The notes: generated from the letters alone by a model not told the origin. 32,000 nt of DNA from Candidatus Altimarinota bacterium (GCA_041659405.1 JBAZYK010000007.1:1-32000), one strand, 5' to 3'; positions 8,164-16,228 are shown, numbered from the stretch's first letter. Made by a program: numbers and translations.

Positions 8164-9210
8164 ATGAAAATTGAAAACAAAAAACTTACTGCAATAGATC
8201 TATTCTCCGGTTGTGGAGGATTAACTCTAGGTTTAAAACAAGCTGGTTTTAATGTGATTGGTGCCGTTGAAATAGATTCTCTTGCTGTAGAAACTTATCG
8301 GGTCAATCATTCTAAAGTAAATATATGGCACAAAGATATCAGAAAATTAACTGGTACAGAAATACTTGAAAAGCTCAAATTAAAAAAAGGCGAACTTGAT
8401 TTATTGGCTGGATGCCCACCATGCCAAGGATTCTCTTCAATGAGAACTCGTAATGGTAAAGAAGTGAAAGACGCAAGAAACGATCTTATTTTTGATTATT
8501 TAAGATTAGTGAAAGAACTGCTTCCAAAAACAGTCATGATGGAAAATGTTCCTGCTTTGGCTGAAAATCGAAGAATGAAAAGGTTTAAAAAAGAACTGGA
8601 GGATTTGGGATATGAATCAAATGGCACTCCACTTGTTCTTAATACTGCTCATTATGGTGTGCCTCAACGTCGACGAAGAATGATATTAGTCTCTAGTCGT
8701 GTCGGAAAGATTAATTTACCAGAAGGAACTGCTGAAAAAGTTACAGTAAGCGATGCGATTGGTGGTATGCCTCGTCCTGGTGAAACAGGAGATCCTTTGC
8801 ATGATATAAAAGAAAAGAGAACTCCTAAGGTTTTAGAAATGATAAAGCTGATTCCTAAGGATGGAGGAAGTAGAAGTGATCTTCCCAAACGTTTGCATTT
8901 GGAGTGTCATAAAAAATTCCCTGGGGGCTTTAAAGATGTTTATGGAAGAATGGCGTGGAAGAATGTTTCTCCTACCATAACTGGTGGCTGCATAAGTCCT
9001 TCGAAAGGACGTTTTCTCCATCCTTCACAGAATCGTGCAATTACTCTTCGTGAAGCTGCGCTTTTACAAACTTTCCCAAAAGATTATTATTTTTCTCTTA
9101 AAAAAGGTAGGCAGGGTGTTGCTTTGATGATAGGGAATGCTTTACCTCCAGAGTTTATTAAACAACATGCCATTGCTATAAAAAAATCTCTTTTGAAATT
9201 ATATTCATGA
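8164..9210 (+). CDS. C5-cytosine-specific DNA methyltransferase
   Basis: Motifs I DLFSGCGGLTLGLKQAGF, IV GCPPCQGFSSMR, VI MMENVPAL, VIII GVPQRRRRMILVSSR, IX RAITLREAALLQTFP, X GNALPP. Confidence 0.96.
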   Translation: MKIENKKLTAIDLFSGCGGLTLGLKQAGFNVIGAVEIDSLAVETYRVNHSKVNIWHKDIRKLTGTEILEKLKLKKGELDLLAGCPPCQGFSSMRTRNGKEVKDARNDLIFDYLRLVKELLPKTVMMENVPALAENRRMKRFKKELEDLGYESNGTPLVLNTAHYGVPQRRRRMILVSSRVGKINLPEGTAEKVTVSDAIGGMPRPGETGDPLHDIKEKRTPKVLEMIKLIPKDGGSRSDLPKRLHLECHKKFPGGFKDVYGRMAWKNVSPTITGGCISPSKGRFLHPSQNRAITLREAALLQTFPKDYYFSLKKGRQGVALMIGNALPPEFIKQHAIAIKKSLLKLYS

Positions 9211-10223
9211 TTGATAGATCGGTAATCATTGGAAATCTTACTTGGAATGCTGCAGGGTGGACTAATGCCTATGTAAATCCCAAGGCAGGGCATGTTTATG
9301 CAAGAAGTCATGCAGGGCATGAATCATTGAATTTTAAGTTTGATAAAAAAAATCTTGATGAAGAGGATTCTGTTTATGGCTTCTTACAGTGGACAAATCC
9401 GCCAAAGGACTTTGGTAATGGGGGTATTGTAGTCTTTTCGAGCAAGAATTCGGTAAACAACAAGAATTTGATTGTTGGAATATATTGTGACGTGAAAATA
9501 TTATTACCGCCTGTTGAAACTCTTTACGAAGGCTTTGAGGATGGTGTTTTAGCTTCCAATCTCCGAGCAAAAAGGGCTCTTTCTATGCGTTTTCCGCAAG
9601 AACTGGATTTGGAAAAATATTTGGGTGGGAAAAAGCGGGTGGGCCAAATTGGGTTTCTTCTTTCAGATGTCGATGTGGCAAAACAGGTAATAGTTGATGA
9701 GATTCAAACTCTTTCTATCTCTGGACTCAAATCGAATGATGCGAAAAAACTTGGTGATATTTATAAATTTATTACTGGTGAGGAATATAATTTTGAAAAT
9801 TTTAAAAACCGTGATGAACAGGAACAAAAAGAAATCGAAGAGAAAATAAAAACTGATTCTGAGGCTGATGATGCCAGGTATTTTGCTAATCTTTCACCTG
9901 TTGAGCCTGAAATGATTGAGTTGAAAGGGAAGATGTATAAAAGAGATAATGTAACTATTTCTCGCCTCAAAAGAGCCAGAGGTTATAAATGTCAGATATG
10001 TGGTTACTTTGTTTTAAAAAGGAATGGTGATCGTTATATTGAAGCGGCTCATATCAAGGCAAAGTCACAGAAAGGAAATGAGATGCCAGACAATATTATT
10101 ATTTTGTGCCCGAATCATCATAAAGAGTTTGATTATGGTGAATTAAAGATTAACGAGCAGACGAAGGATAGTATTTTGTTTCGTCTTAATTCAAAAGAAT
10201 ATTCTATTAACTTAATGGTGTAA
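9207..10223 (+). CDS. HNH endonuclease with an uncharacterised N-terminal domain (putative restriction subunit)
   Basis: C-terminal CQICGYFVLKRNGDRYIEAAHIKAKSQKGNEMPDNIIILCPNHHKEFDYG matches HNH. ATGA 4-nt overlap with the methyltransferase stop. Confidence 0.9.
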   Translation: MIDRSVIIGNLTWNAAGWTNAYVNPKAGHVYARSHAGHESLNFKFDKKNLDEEDSVYGFLQWTNPPKDFGNGGIVVFSSKNSVNNKNLIVGIYCDVKILLPPVETLYEGFEDGVLASNLRAKRALSMRFPQELDLEKYLGGKKRVGQIGFLLSDVDVAKQVIVDEIQTLSISGLKSNDAKKLGDIYKFITGEEYNFENFKNRDEQEQKEIEEKIKTDSEADDARYFANLSPVEPEMIELKGKMYKRDNVTISRLKRARGYKCQICGYFVLKRNGDRYIEAAHIKAKSQKGNEMPDNIIILCPNHHKEFDYGELKINEQTKDSILFRLNSKEYSINLMV

Positions 10224-10268
10224 ATGGGTGTTAGATCCTACCCCCCAGCCAAAATTTCCCCCTTCCCC

Positions 10269-10649
10269 ATGAACCAATCCAAACTTTCTATCATTATCAA
10301 CAAATCTTTGGCGGAGGTTTTTGAGTTTGTTATCAATCCAAACAATACGCCTTTGTGGTTTGATTCCATTGTTAAAGAGGTTGCTGATTTGCCGATTGCG
10401 ATGGGGACAAAATATGTGAATTTTAATGCGGCCGGGCAAAAAGGGGAGTATCTTGTTTCGAAATTTGAACCTGATGCGATTTTTCAGCTCGACTCGGTCG
10501 ATTCCGGTTATAAGGTCCGCTATACCCTGAAAGCAATTTCCAAAAATGAAACCGAGCTGGAATATTTGGAGTGGGTCGATTTTGGTGACCTGGAAGCCCC
10601 TTGCGCGATAAATGTTCTTCAGGGATTGAAGAATGTTTTGGAGGGGTAG
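10269..10649 (+). CDS. SRPBCC / START-like domain protein
   Basis: Start reassigned to an internal ATG: MNQSKLSIIINKSLAEVFEFVINPNNTPLWFDSIVKEVADLPIAMGTKY resembles polyketide cyclase / SRPBCC proteins. Confidence 0.7.
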   Translation: MNQSKLSIIINKSLAEVFEFVINPNNTPLWFDSIVKEVADLPIAMGTKYVNFNAAGQKGEYLVSKFEPDAIFQLDSVDSGYKVRYTLKAISKNETELEYLEWVDFGDLEAPCAINVLQGLKNVLEG

Positions 10650-10729
10650 GGGGGCGTAAGGGCCTAATTGAAATTTGCTATTTAAGTTTATAACCGGAGA
10701 AGTCTATAATTCGGGTAAATAATAATTTC

Positions 10730-11458
10730 ATGATGATTAAAGCTCCAGAAAAGTTTACCGAATTTGATTTTTTTATGGATGAGGACGTTCGAGCACGCCG
10801 CATTGGTATTTTGTGCGTGGAAAAACGTCTTACTCCGGCATTAACGCAGGCGTTGTTCCGTGTAAGAGAAAACGCTCAATCGTTTCATGCAAAAAGGATT
10901 CAATCAGATGTCAGTAAAACCGAGGAACAAAGAGCTATAGAACTGGGGTCGGTATCGAAACAAATACGTGAAGTAAAATGGTCCAGTATAAATCTGATGC
11001 GATCTTTCATTGCGCAGGAATTCATTGAACAGTATTTCCATTATTGGAATAAAGGGCCTCTGCCGATCATGTTTTTCAATTTTCCTTTTATTGATGATCA
11101 TTTAAGCTCAATAAACAATTTTTTTGAAAAATTGGGTAGTTTAAATATTGATGCCCTGAAAGATTTGCATTGTTCCGAATCGGTCTTTTTTCTGGACTAT
11201 TTTAGCACTGCAACCGGCTATAAATTTGAAGAAAAAGTCAGAGATAGCAATAATTTATCAAGATGCTATAGGATTGACAGTAGAGCGCACGATTTGATGC
11301 AGCTTACCGATTTACTTCTAGGTATAACCACTTACATCAAGACCGGTAAGCACACTGGAAGTAGGGCAAAGTTGAGTCTCGTTAATAAGTTCAATTATTT
11401 CCAAAAGAGCTATAACAACAAAAAAACGCATTCTTTGCAGAGCGTTTATCAACTATAA
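10730..11458 (+). CDS. DUF3800-like protein (predicted RNase H-like fold)
   Basis: EFDFFMDEDV near the N-terminus and SRAHDLMQLTDLLLGITTY near the C-terminus, spaced like the acidic motifs of DUF3800 proteins. Confidence 0.55.
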   Translation: MMIKAPEKFTEFDFFMDEDVRARRIGILCVEKRLTPALTQALFRVRENAQSFHAKRIQSDVSKTEEQRAIELGSVSKQIREVKWSSINLMRSFIAQEFIEQYFHYWNKGPLPIMFFNFPFIDDHLSSINNFFEKLGSLNIDALKDLHCSESVFFLDYFSTATGYKFEEKVRDSNNLSRCYRIDSRAHDLMQLTDLLLGITTYIKTGKHTGSRAKLSLVNKFNYFQKSYNNKKTHSLQSVYQL

Positions 11459-11559
11459 TTCTTTTTAAGTGTAGTGGTTTGAAAGCCTCATTTATTGGGA
11501 GGGTCTCCCCACTACTGTCACTATATTACGCCACTTTTGTCAATTAGTCAAAAAAAATC

Positions 11560-11797
11560 TTATTTACCCCGAAGCTCATTTACTGCATTTAGGAAGCTTT
11601 CATCTTGATATCCTCTTGAAAGAATTGTGGCCCAACCTAAGGCAAGAACCATCGCGCGATTTATCTTTTTAAAATTGGGAGAGGCTTGCTCTAACTCTTT
11701 TTCGACAAATTTAATTCGGTTAAGGCATTGAAGCCCCAAAAGATAACCATGTAATGCATTGATCTCTGGTGGAATATCTGCTCCTTGACTCTCATTT
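11560..11797 (-). pseudogene. C-terminal fragment in another frame of the ORF at 11792-12319 (INESQGADIPPEINALHGYLLGLQCLNRIKFVEKELEQ...AVNELRGK)
   Basis: Hand translation gives a protein-like sequence with no plausible start. It begins exactly where the upstream ORF stops (+1 frame). Confidence 0.5.
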
Positions 11798-12319
11798 ATA
11801 AACTAAGTCCCGAGAAGGTAGAGCTTTACGACTTGGAGAATCTTTAAGCGAAGTCGCAGGTTCCTCCCCAAGCTCTTCAATAAAAATGACCAATGGTTCC
11901 TCCTCTAAATAATCACCTTTTACAGTTCTTTTTTTACCTGAAGTGTTTATATAAACAAAGCGATTTCCGGCGCTTTCCGGATCATTATCAACACAATCTT
12001 CAATTTGCCACAGTTGTTCTTGCGTAATTACAAGAGCTTTGGCGTTAGGAAACGATTCCAAGAGCGCTTTTTTTGTGAGAGGAATATCGCCCCTTACAAA
12101 CATGAAAATATCAGTCAAGTCTGAATCATCCTCCACGACCTCACGAGCTTCTCTTAGTTGTGCGAGTTTTTCAGCTTTTGATACAACCATTGATACACCT
12201 TCTGTAATTGCCTGAATTGGATCATCGGTTGGTGCGAGCGCTTCAACTATTTCAGGCTGGGCGGAAGGCAGGGTGGGGGTTGAAGGTAATGTGGGCTCTT
12301 TGTCTTTTTGGTCAGTCAT
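11792..12319 (-). CDS. Hypothetical protein, apparently truncated by a frameshift at its 3' end
   Basis: 175-aa ORF with coherent composition; stop at TGA in GTT TAT AAA TGA GAG. Confidence 0.6.
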   Translation of the reverse strand: MTDQKDKEPTLPSTPTLPSAQPEIVEALAPTDDPIQAITEGVSMVVSKAEKLAQLREAREVVEDDSDLTDIFMFVRGDIPLTKKALLESFPNAKALVITQEQLWQIEDCVDNDPESAGNRFVYINTSGKKRTVKGDYLEEEPLVIFIEELGEEPATSLKDSPSRKALPSRDLVYK

Positions 12320-12442
12320 AATGCAAATATATGATTATCCTTAATATTAGCATAAATTAGCCGTAAAAACAAAGTTCCATTTTGGATCATTTTGCAAATC
12401 TGCTACAATATCTCCCGAAATAAACATTATTTAATTTTCCAC

Positions 12443-12691
12443 ATGAATATCCCGCTTTTTTCGATTGGATTATTGTTGATTGTTGTTTCCTGGATAGTTC
12501 AGATCGGTTATATGCTGGTTCGTGATACCAAGATCACCTGGGGTTTTTCTTTAATACAAACCATAGGTATTGTGCTTTTGGTTGTGGATATGGTTATGAA
12601 CTCGGCTCCGCGTGATCTGAATTTTTATTTGGAAATTGGAACCGGATTGGGCGCTCTTCTGACTTTGATTGTCAGCCAGGTAAAAAAATAA
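12443..12691 (+). CDS. Small membrane protein (tandem paralog 1)
   Basis: MNIPLFSIGLLLIVVSWIVQIGYMLVRDTKITWGFSLIQTIGIVLLVVDMVMN; about three hydrophobic segments. Confidence 0.65.
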   Translation: MNIPLFSIGLLLIVVSWIVQIGYMLVRDTKITWGFSLIQTIGIVLLVVDMVMNSAPRDLNFYLEIGTGLGALLTLIVSQVKK

Positions 12692-12720
12692 ACTTTTAAA
12701 TAATCTTTAATAACATCAAT

Positions 12721-12963
12721 ATGCTTACTTTTATCGGTCTTGGTGTAATTATTCTGGCGTGGATGTTTCAGTTTGTGAAAATTGCATTTGGAAATAAAAA
12801 TATTCAGCCGACTTTTGTTGGGATTTACGTGGTTGGGGTTTTATTGTTGGTTGTGGACGGTTTTATGTCGGGGCTGAATGAAATTGCGTCTTTCAACCTG
12901 GCCTCGCTCGTAGTCGCACTTTTGACGTTTATGCTCATCCTTAAAAAGGAGACTAAGGTTTAA
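12721..12963 (+). CDS. Small membrane protein (tandem paralog 2)
   Basis: MLTFIGLGVIILAWMFQFVKIAFGNKNIQPTFVGIYVVGVLLLVVDGFMSG has the same layout as the upstream gene. Confidence 0.7.
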   Translation: MLTFIGLGVIILAWMFQFVKIAFGNKNIQPTFVGIYVVGVLLLVVDGFMSGLNEIASFNLASLVVALLTFMLILKKETKV

Positions 12964-13004
12964 TTAGCGCATCGTTCCCATAAGTTCCATCGAATTCGAT
13001 GGAG

Positions 13005-13031
13005 TTTAAGTAGAATTTAGATTTTGTTAAT
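13005..13031 (+). repeat. 27-bp direct repeat, copy A (TTTAAGTAGAATTTAGATTTTGTTAAT) upstream of the DinD-like gene
   Basis: Identical to 14026-14052; weaker similarity continues for about 25 bp downstream in both copies. Confidence 0.9.
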
Positions 13032-13039
13032 GGTGATGT

Positions 13040-13070
13040 GAAATTATAGAAATGTTTATTCTATAATTTC
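13040..13070. promoter_or_regulatory. 12-bp perfect inverted repeat GAAATTATAGAA-N7-TTCTATAATTTC directly 5' of the DinD-like start
   Basis: Direct reading; ATG follows at 13077. Candidate operator or leader hairpin. Confidence 0.7.
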
Positions 13071-13076
13071 ATTTTT

Positions 13077-13502
13077 ATGGTTAACAATATTTTTGAAAAG
13101 ATCAGGCATATTAATGAGCATGGTCAGGAATTTTGGAGTGCCAGGGAACTGATGCCTGCTTTGGGATATACCGAATGGAGAAAATTTGAGGGTGTAATTG
13201 CGAAAGCTAAAGAAGCGTGCAAATCCAGTCAACAAGCACCATCCGACCATATTGGCGGCGCCGCCAAAATGGTTTTAGTAGGTTCTGAAGCCGAAAGAAA
13301 GGTCGATGATTATTTTTTATCGCGTTACGCCTGCTATTTAATCGCTCAAAATGGTGATCCAAGAAAAGAAGAAATCGCATTTGCTCAAACTTATTTTGCG
13401 ATTCAAACTAGAAAACAGGAATTGCATGAAGATTTGTTGGAAGATCATAAACGGGTTTCTTTGCGCGGAGAGATGACTGTTCAGAATATCCACTTTATGT
13501 GA
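13077..13502 (+). CDS. DinD / BRO-like (DNA-damage-inducible protein D) N-terminal domain protein, probably truncated
   Basis: FWSARELMPALGYTEWRKFEGVIAKAKEAC...DHIGGAAKMVLVGSEAERKVDDYFLSRYACYLIAQNGDPRKEEIAFAQTYFAIQTRKQE is characteristic of DinD. The ORF ends soon after at 141 aa. Confidence 0.85.
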   Translation: MVNNIFEKIRHINEHGQEFWSARELMPALGYTEWRKFEGVIAKAKEACKSSQQAPSDHIGGAAKMVLVGSEAERKVDDYFLSRYACYLIAQNGDPRKEEIAFAQTYFAIQTRKQELHEDLLEDHKRVSLRGEMTVQNIHFM

Positions 13503-13673
13503 CTACGTCGCCATTGACGGGCGTTGATTAGTTGATATGATGGGGCTGCGTTTATTTTTTCTATGATTTACACAGAAGCTCAGAATTGGTCACGTGGTCT
13601 TTTACTCCTCGCGCTTAAAAATAGAAGCTGGGGATAACTTTGTGCATAAATAATTTTGATTCGTTGCATTCAT

Positions 13674-13700
13674 AAGTCCCTGAGTTTCGGGGATTTTTTT
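13674..13700 (+). terminator. Possible rho-independent terminator
   Basis: GTCCCTGAGTTTCGGGGATTTTTTTT: short GC stem plus T run. Confidence 0.45.
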
Positions 13701-13724
13701 TATTTAATTTTTAAACTTAATTTT

Positions 13725-14030
13725 ATGACTATCGAAACAACTCCAAATAATATTAAAAATGGCGAAACTAAGACATCGTCAGCCAAAAATGTAGAGCAAG
13801 TAGCGGTTGAGGCAATTGAAAATATAGCCTCAATATCTCGTGTGGCGATTGATGCAATTCGCAAAATTACGGAATTGACCAGCACGCCGGAAGTACCTAT
13901 TTCTGGTGTGAGTGAAGCGAGCTCATCTATTCAGCATGGCGCGACGGAAAAACCGCGATGGTTTTGTGTGACGGCACGAGGAATCGCGATTAGATACCAA
14001 GGAGAGATCCAGGAAATTCGTGAAATTTAA
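13725..14030 (+). CDS. Hypothetical ~101-aa protein
   Basis: Internal ATG in the supplied ORF (MTIETTPNNIKNGETK...). Located between the DinD-like and KilA-N genes. Confidence 0.5.
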   Translation: MTIETTPNNIKNGETKTSSAKNVEQVAVEAIENIASISRVAIDAIRKITELTSTPEVPISGVSEASSSIQHGATEKPRWFCVTARGIAIRYQGEIQEIREI

Positions 14031-14052
14031 GTAGAATTTAGATTTTGTTAAT
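14026..14052 (+). repeat. 27-bp direct repeat, copy B, upstream of the KilA-N gene
   Basis: Identical to 13005-13031, followed by GATCTGAAATTATGGAGAT-ACTT-ATCTC hairpin-like sequence. Confidence 0.9.
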
Positions 14053-14099
14053 CACGATCTGAAATTATGGAGATACTTATCTCTTAATTTTTTAATTGC

Positions 14100-14924
14100 A
14101 TGACTATTATACAAAAAATAACAGTTAAGGGGACTGAAATTGTAATTTTTAAACAAAGTGAAAATGATTACATTTCATTGACCGATATTGCTCGTTATAA
14201 AGATCCTGAACGAAGTGACTATATTTTGCAAAACTGGATGAGAAGCAGAGCTACTATTGAGTTTTTAGGCTTATGGGAGAGAATTAACAATCAGACTTTT
14301 AATTCCATCGAATTCGATGGAATTAAAAATGAATCTGGACTGAATAGCTTTTTTCTTAGCCCAAAGCGTTGGATTCGAGCTACCAATGCTATTGGCATTA
14401 TTTCGCAAACTGGTCGATATGGCGGCACCTTTGCCCATAAAGACATTGCTTTTGAGTTTGCGACTTGGCTTTCGCCTGAATTTAAGCTTTATTTGATCAA
14501 GGAATTCCAACGACTCAAAGAGGAAGAAAATCAGCGTCTTAACCTTGGTTGGGACATTAAGCGTAATTTGGCGAAAATTAATTATCGTATTCACACAGAT
14601 GCTATCAAAGAGTATTTGATTCCGGCTCATCTTTCCGCTGCTCAAATTAATATTACTTATGCCAGTGAGGCCGATGTTCTTAACAAGGCGCTTTTTGGTC
14701 TGACGGCTAAAGAGTGGCAAACTGCCAATCCAAAAGAGGATGGTAATCTGCGCGATCATGCTTCTGTGGTACAGCTGGTTTGTTTGACAAACCTGGAGTC
14801 ATTAAATGCCGTGTTTATTCGCCAAGGGCTTGTTCAAAAGGAAAGATTGATTCAACTAAATGAAGTCGCGATTGTACAGATGCGCTCGCTTGTTGGAAAT
14901 CCCACTATTAAAAAATTAAAGTGA
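14100..14924 (+). CDS. KilA-N domain protein
   Basis: DYISLTDIARYKDPERSDYILQNWMRSRATIEFLGLWE...GLNSFFLSPKRWIRATNAIGIISQTGRYGGTFAHKDIAFEFATWLSPEFKLYLIKEFQRLKEEE matches the KilA-N family. Confidence 0.9.
   Translation: MTIIQKITVKGTEIVIFKQSENDYISLTDIARYKDPERSDYILQNWMRSRATIEFLGLWERINNQTFNSIEFDGIKNESGLNSFFLSPKRWIRATNAIGIISQTGRYGGTFAHKDIAFEFATWLSPEFKLYLIKEFQRLKEEENQRLNLGWDIKRNLAKINYRIHTDAIKEYLIPAHLSAAQINITYASEADVLNKALFGLTAKEWQTANPKEDGNLRDHASVVQLVCLTNLESLNAVFIRQGLVQKERLIQLNEVAIVQMRSLVGNPTIKKLK
14297..14328. repeat. 32-bp perfect palindrome TTTTAATTCCATCGAATTCGATGGAATTAAAA inside the KilA-N CDS
   Basis: Direct reading. The core TTCCATCGAATTCGATGGA also occurs at 12985-13003. Confidence 0.95.
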
Positions 14925-14949
14925 GGCAGCATTTTTTGGTAGCTCTTTA

Positions 14950-15546
14950 TTATTTCTGTCGAGAAAGATGGAATTCTCCTTTTAGGACTCCGGAAGGGGT
15001 GTTGAGCGACATTGCTCCGCTCATGATATCTGTTGTAAAGCTGCCTGCCATTACGGTGCCTTCGGGGGTAGTAAATTCGATCGCGCTTCCGCTAATTTTC
15101 ATAGTAACAGGTTGAGCTCCACTATTTGGATTGCAGGTTTTTGGTACGGAAAATGTTTTAACTCCCGGGACAGTTGTTTCGCCGGTGGCACACATATTGG
15201 AGTAAGTAATTTGACCATTGCCAATGTTGTTTTCCACACTGTCTATTTTTAACTCGATATCGCCGTCTTCATAAACTTTAGTAGTGGCTGGACCGGTTAC
15301 AAACACACCATATATTTGAAATCCTTTGCCCCTAAGGCTGGAAGACCATGTGCCTCTTAGGTCGCGAGCAGGTGTTAATGTCCCGATGAGTGGTTTTGGA
15401 GTAACTATGTCGTTGACTTTTTGTGATACGAACTGAAACATCAGCGGTTGCTGTGTGGCAACATAGACTCCGCCAACGGTAGCTACGGTTAATCCTCCAA
15501 TTAAAAGTTTGGAAACTAGAGATATTCCCGGTGTTGGATTTATCAT
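14950..15546 (-). CDS. Hypothetical secreted or membrane-anchored protein
   Basis: N-terminal hydrophobic segment (LLIGGLTVATVGGVYVAT) followed by a beta-rich domain. Confidence 0.65.
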   Translation of the reverse strand: MINPTPGISLVSKLLIGGLTVATVGGVYVATQQPLMFQFVSQKVNDIVTPKPLIGTLTPARDLRGTWSSSLRGKGFQIYGVFVTGPATTKVYEDGDIELKIDSVENNIGNGQITYSNMCATGETTVPGVKTFSVPKTCNPNSGAQPVTMKISGSAIEFTTPEGTVMAGSFTTDIMSGAMSLNTPSGVLKGEFHLSRQK

Positions 15547-15718
15547 ATTTTTTTATTTATTGAATAATTTTTATTTTACCCAAGTGTCATATTACTCTTA
15601 TTTGTTTGATTTGTTAAAGAGGTTGTTGATTTGCATTTTGTTCACGTGAGCGGATTCAAATTTGCAGTGACTTTATTAATTTGATATCCTTTTGGGGCAA
15701 TCATTTAAGAATATTTTT

Positions 15719-16228
15719 ATGAAAAAAATTGTTGTTTCCCTTTTTGCCATTGGGGTCGTTTTGACGGGTTGTTCCCAGAATAGCGGTAATATTACTTCTC
15801 CGGTTACTGGATCTTTAAGCGAAAATGCTGCAAAAGAAGCCGGGAAAAAACTTGCGGAAAATATAATGGGTGGTACTAAAATTGACTTTGCGGAAGAAGG
15901 ATCCGGAGAGGTTGTTGCCTGGCCAAAAGAAATGTCGAGTGAAGTTCCGGTGTTTAAATATGCAAAAATAGATGCGACGATGGCGGCTCCATCGGGTGTT
16001 AGTGATGGTAGTATTGTTGTGGGTTTTAGAGAGGTGGAAAAAGGAGCATATGATAAATACAGGCAGGATTTAAAAAATGCCGGATGGAAAATTACGACCG
16101 ATCCATCGTGGACGATTGAGCATATCTCTGCGGAAAAAGGGAATATGACTATTGATATTGACTCAGATTATCTTGGTGACAATACGGCGGCGCTTTATTT
16201 GATTGTGGACAAGCCAACGGAGCAATAA
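15719..16228 (+). CDS. Small lipoprotein, unknown function
   Basis: MKKIVVSLFAIGVVLTGCSQNSG lipobox; start reassigned to an internal ATG. Confidence 0.75.
   Translation: MKKIVVSLFAIGVVLTGCSQNSGNITSPVTGSLSENAAKEAGKKLAENIMGGTKIDFAEEGSGEVVAWPKEMSSEVPVFKYAKIDATMAAPSGVSDGSIVVGFREVEKGAYDKYRQDLKNAGWKITTDPSWTIEHISAEKGNMTIDIDSDYLGDNTAALYLIVDKPTEQ

Noticed and set aside
11792-12319. Stop at TGA as evidence of genetic code 25 (TGA = Gly)
   Set aside because: Many other genes here end at TGA in sensible positions (for example the Mrr-like and methyltransferase genes). In-frame readthrough at 11792 gives non-protein-like sequence, whereas the +1 frame looks coding.
14271-14759. 162-aa minus-strand ORF inside the KilA-N gene
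   Set aside because: Antisense shadow ORF. The shared FNSIEFDGIK peptide on both strands is an automatic result of the DNA palindrome.
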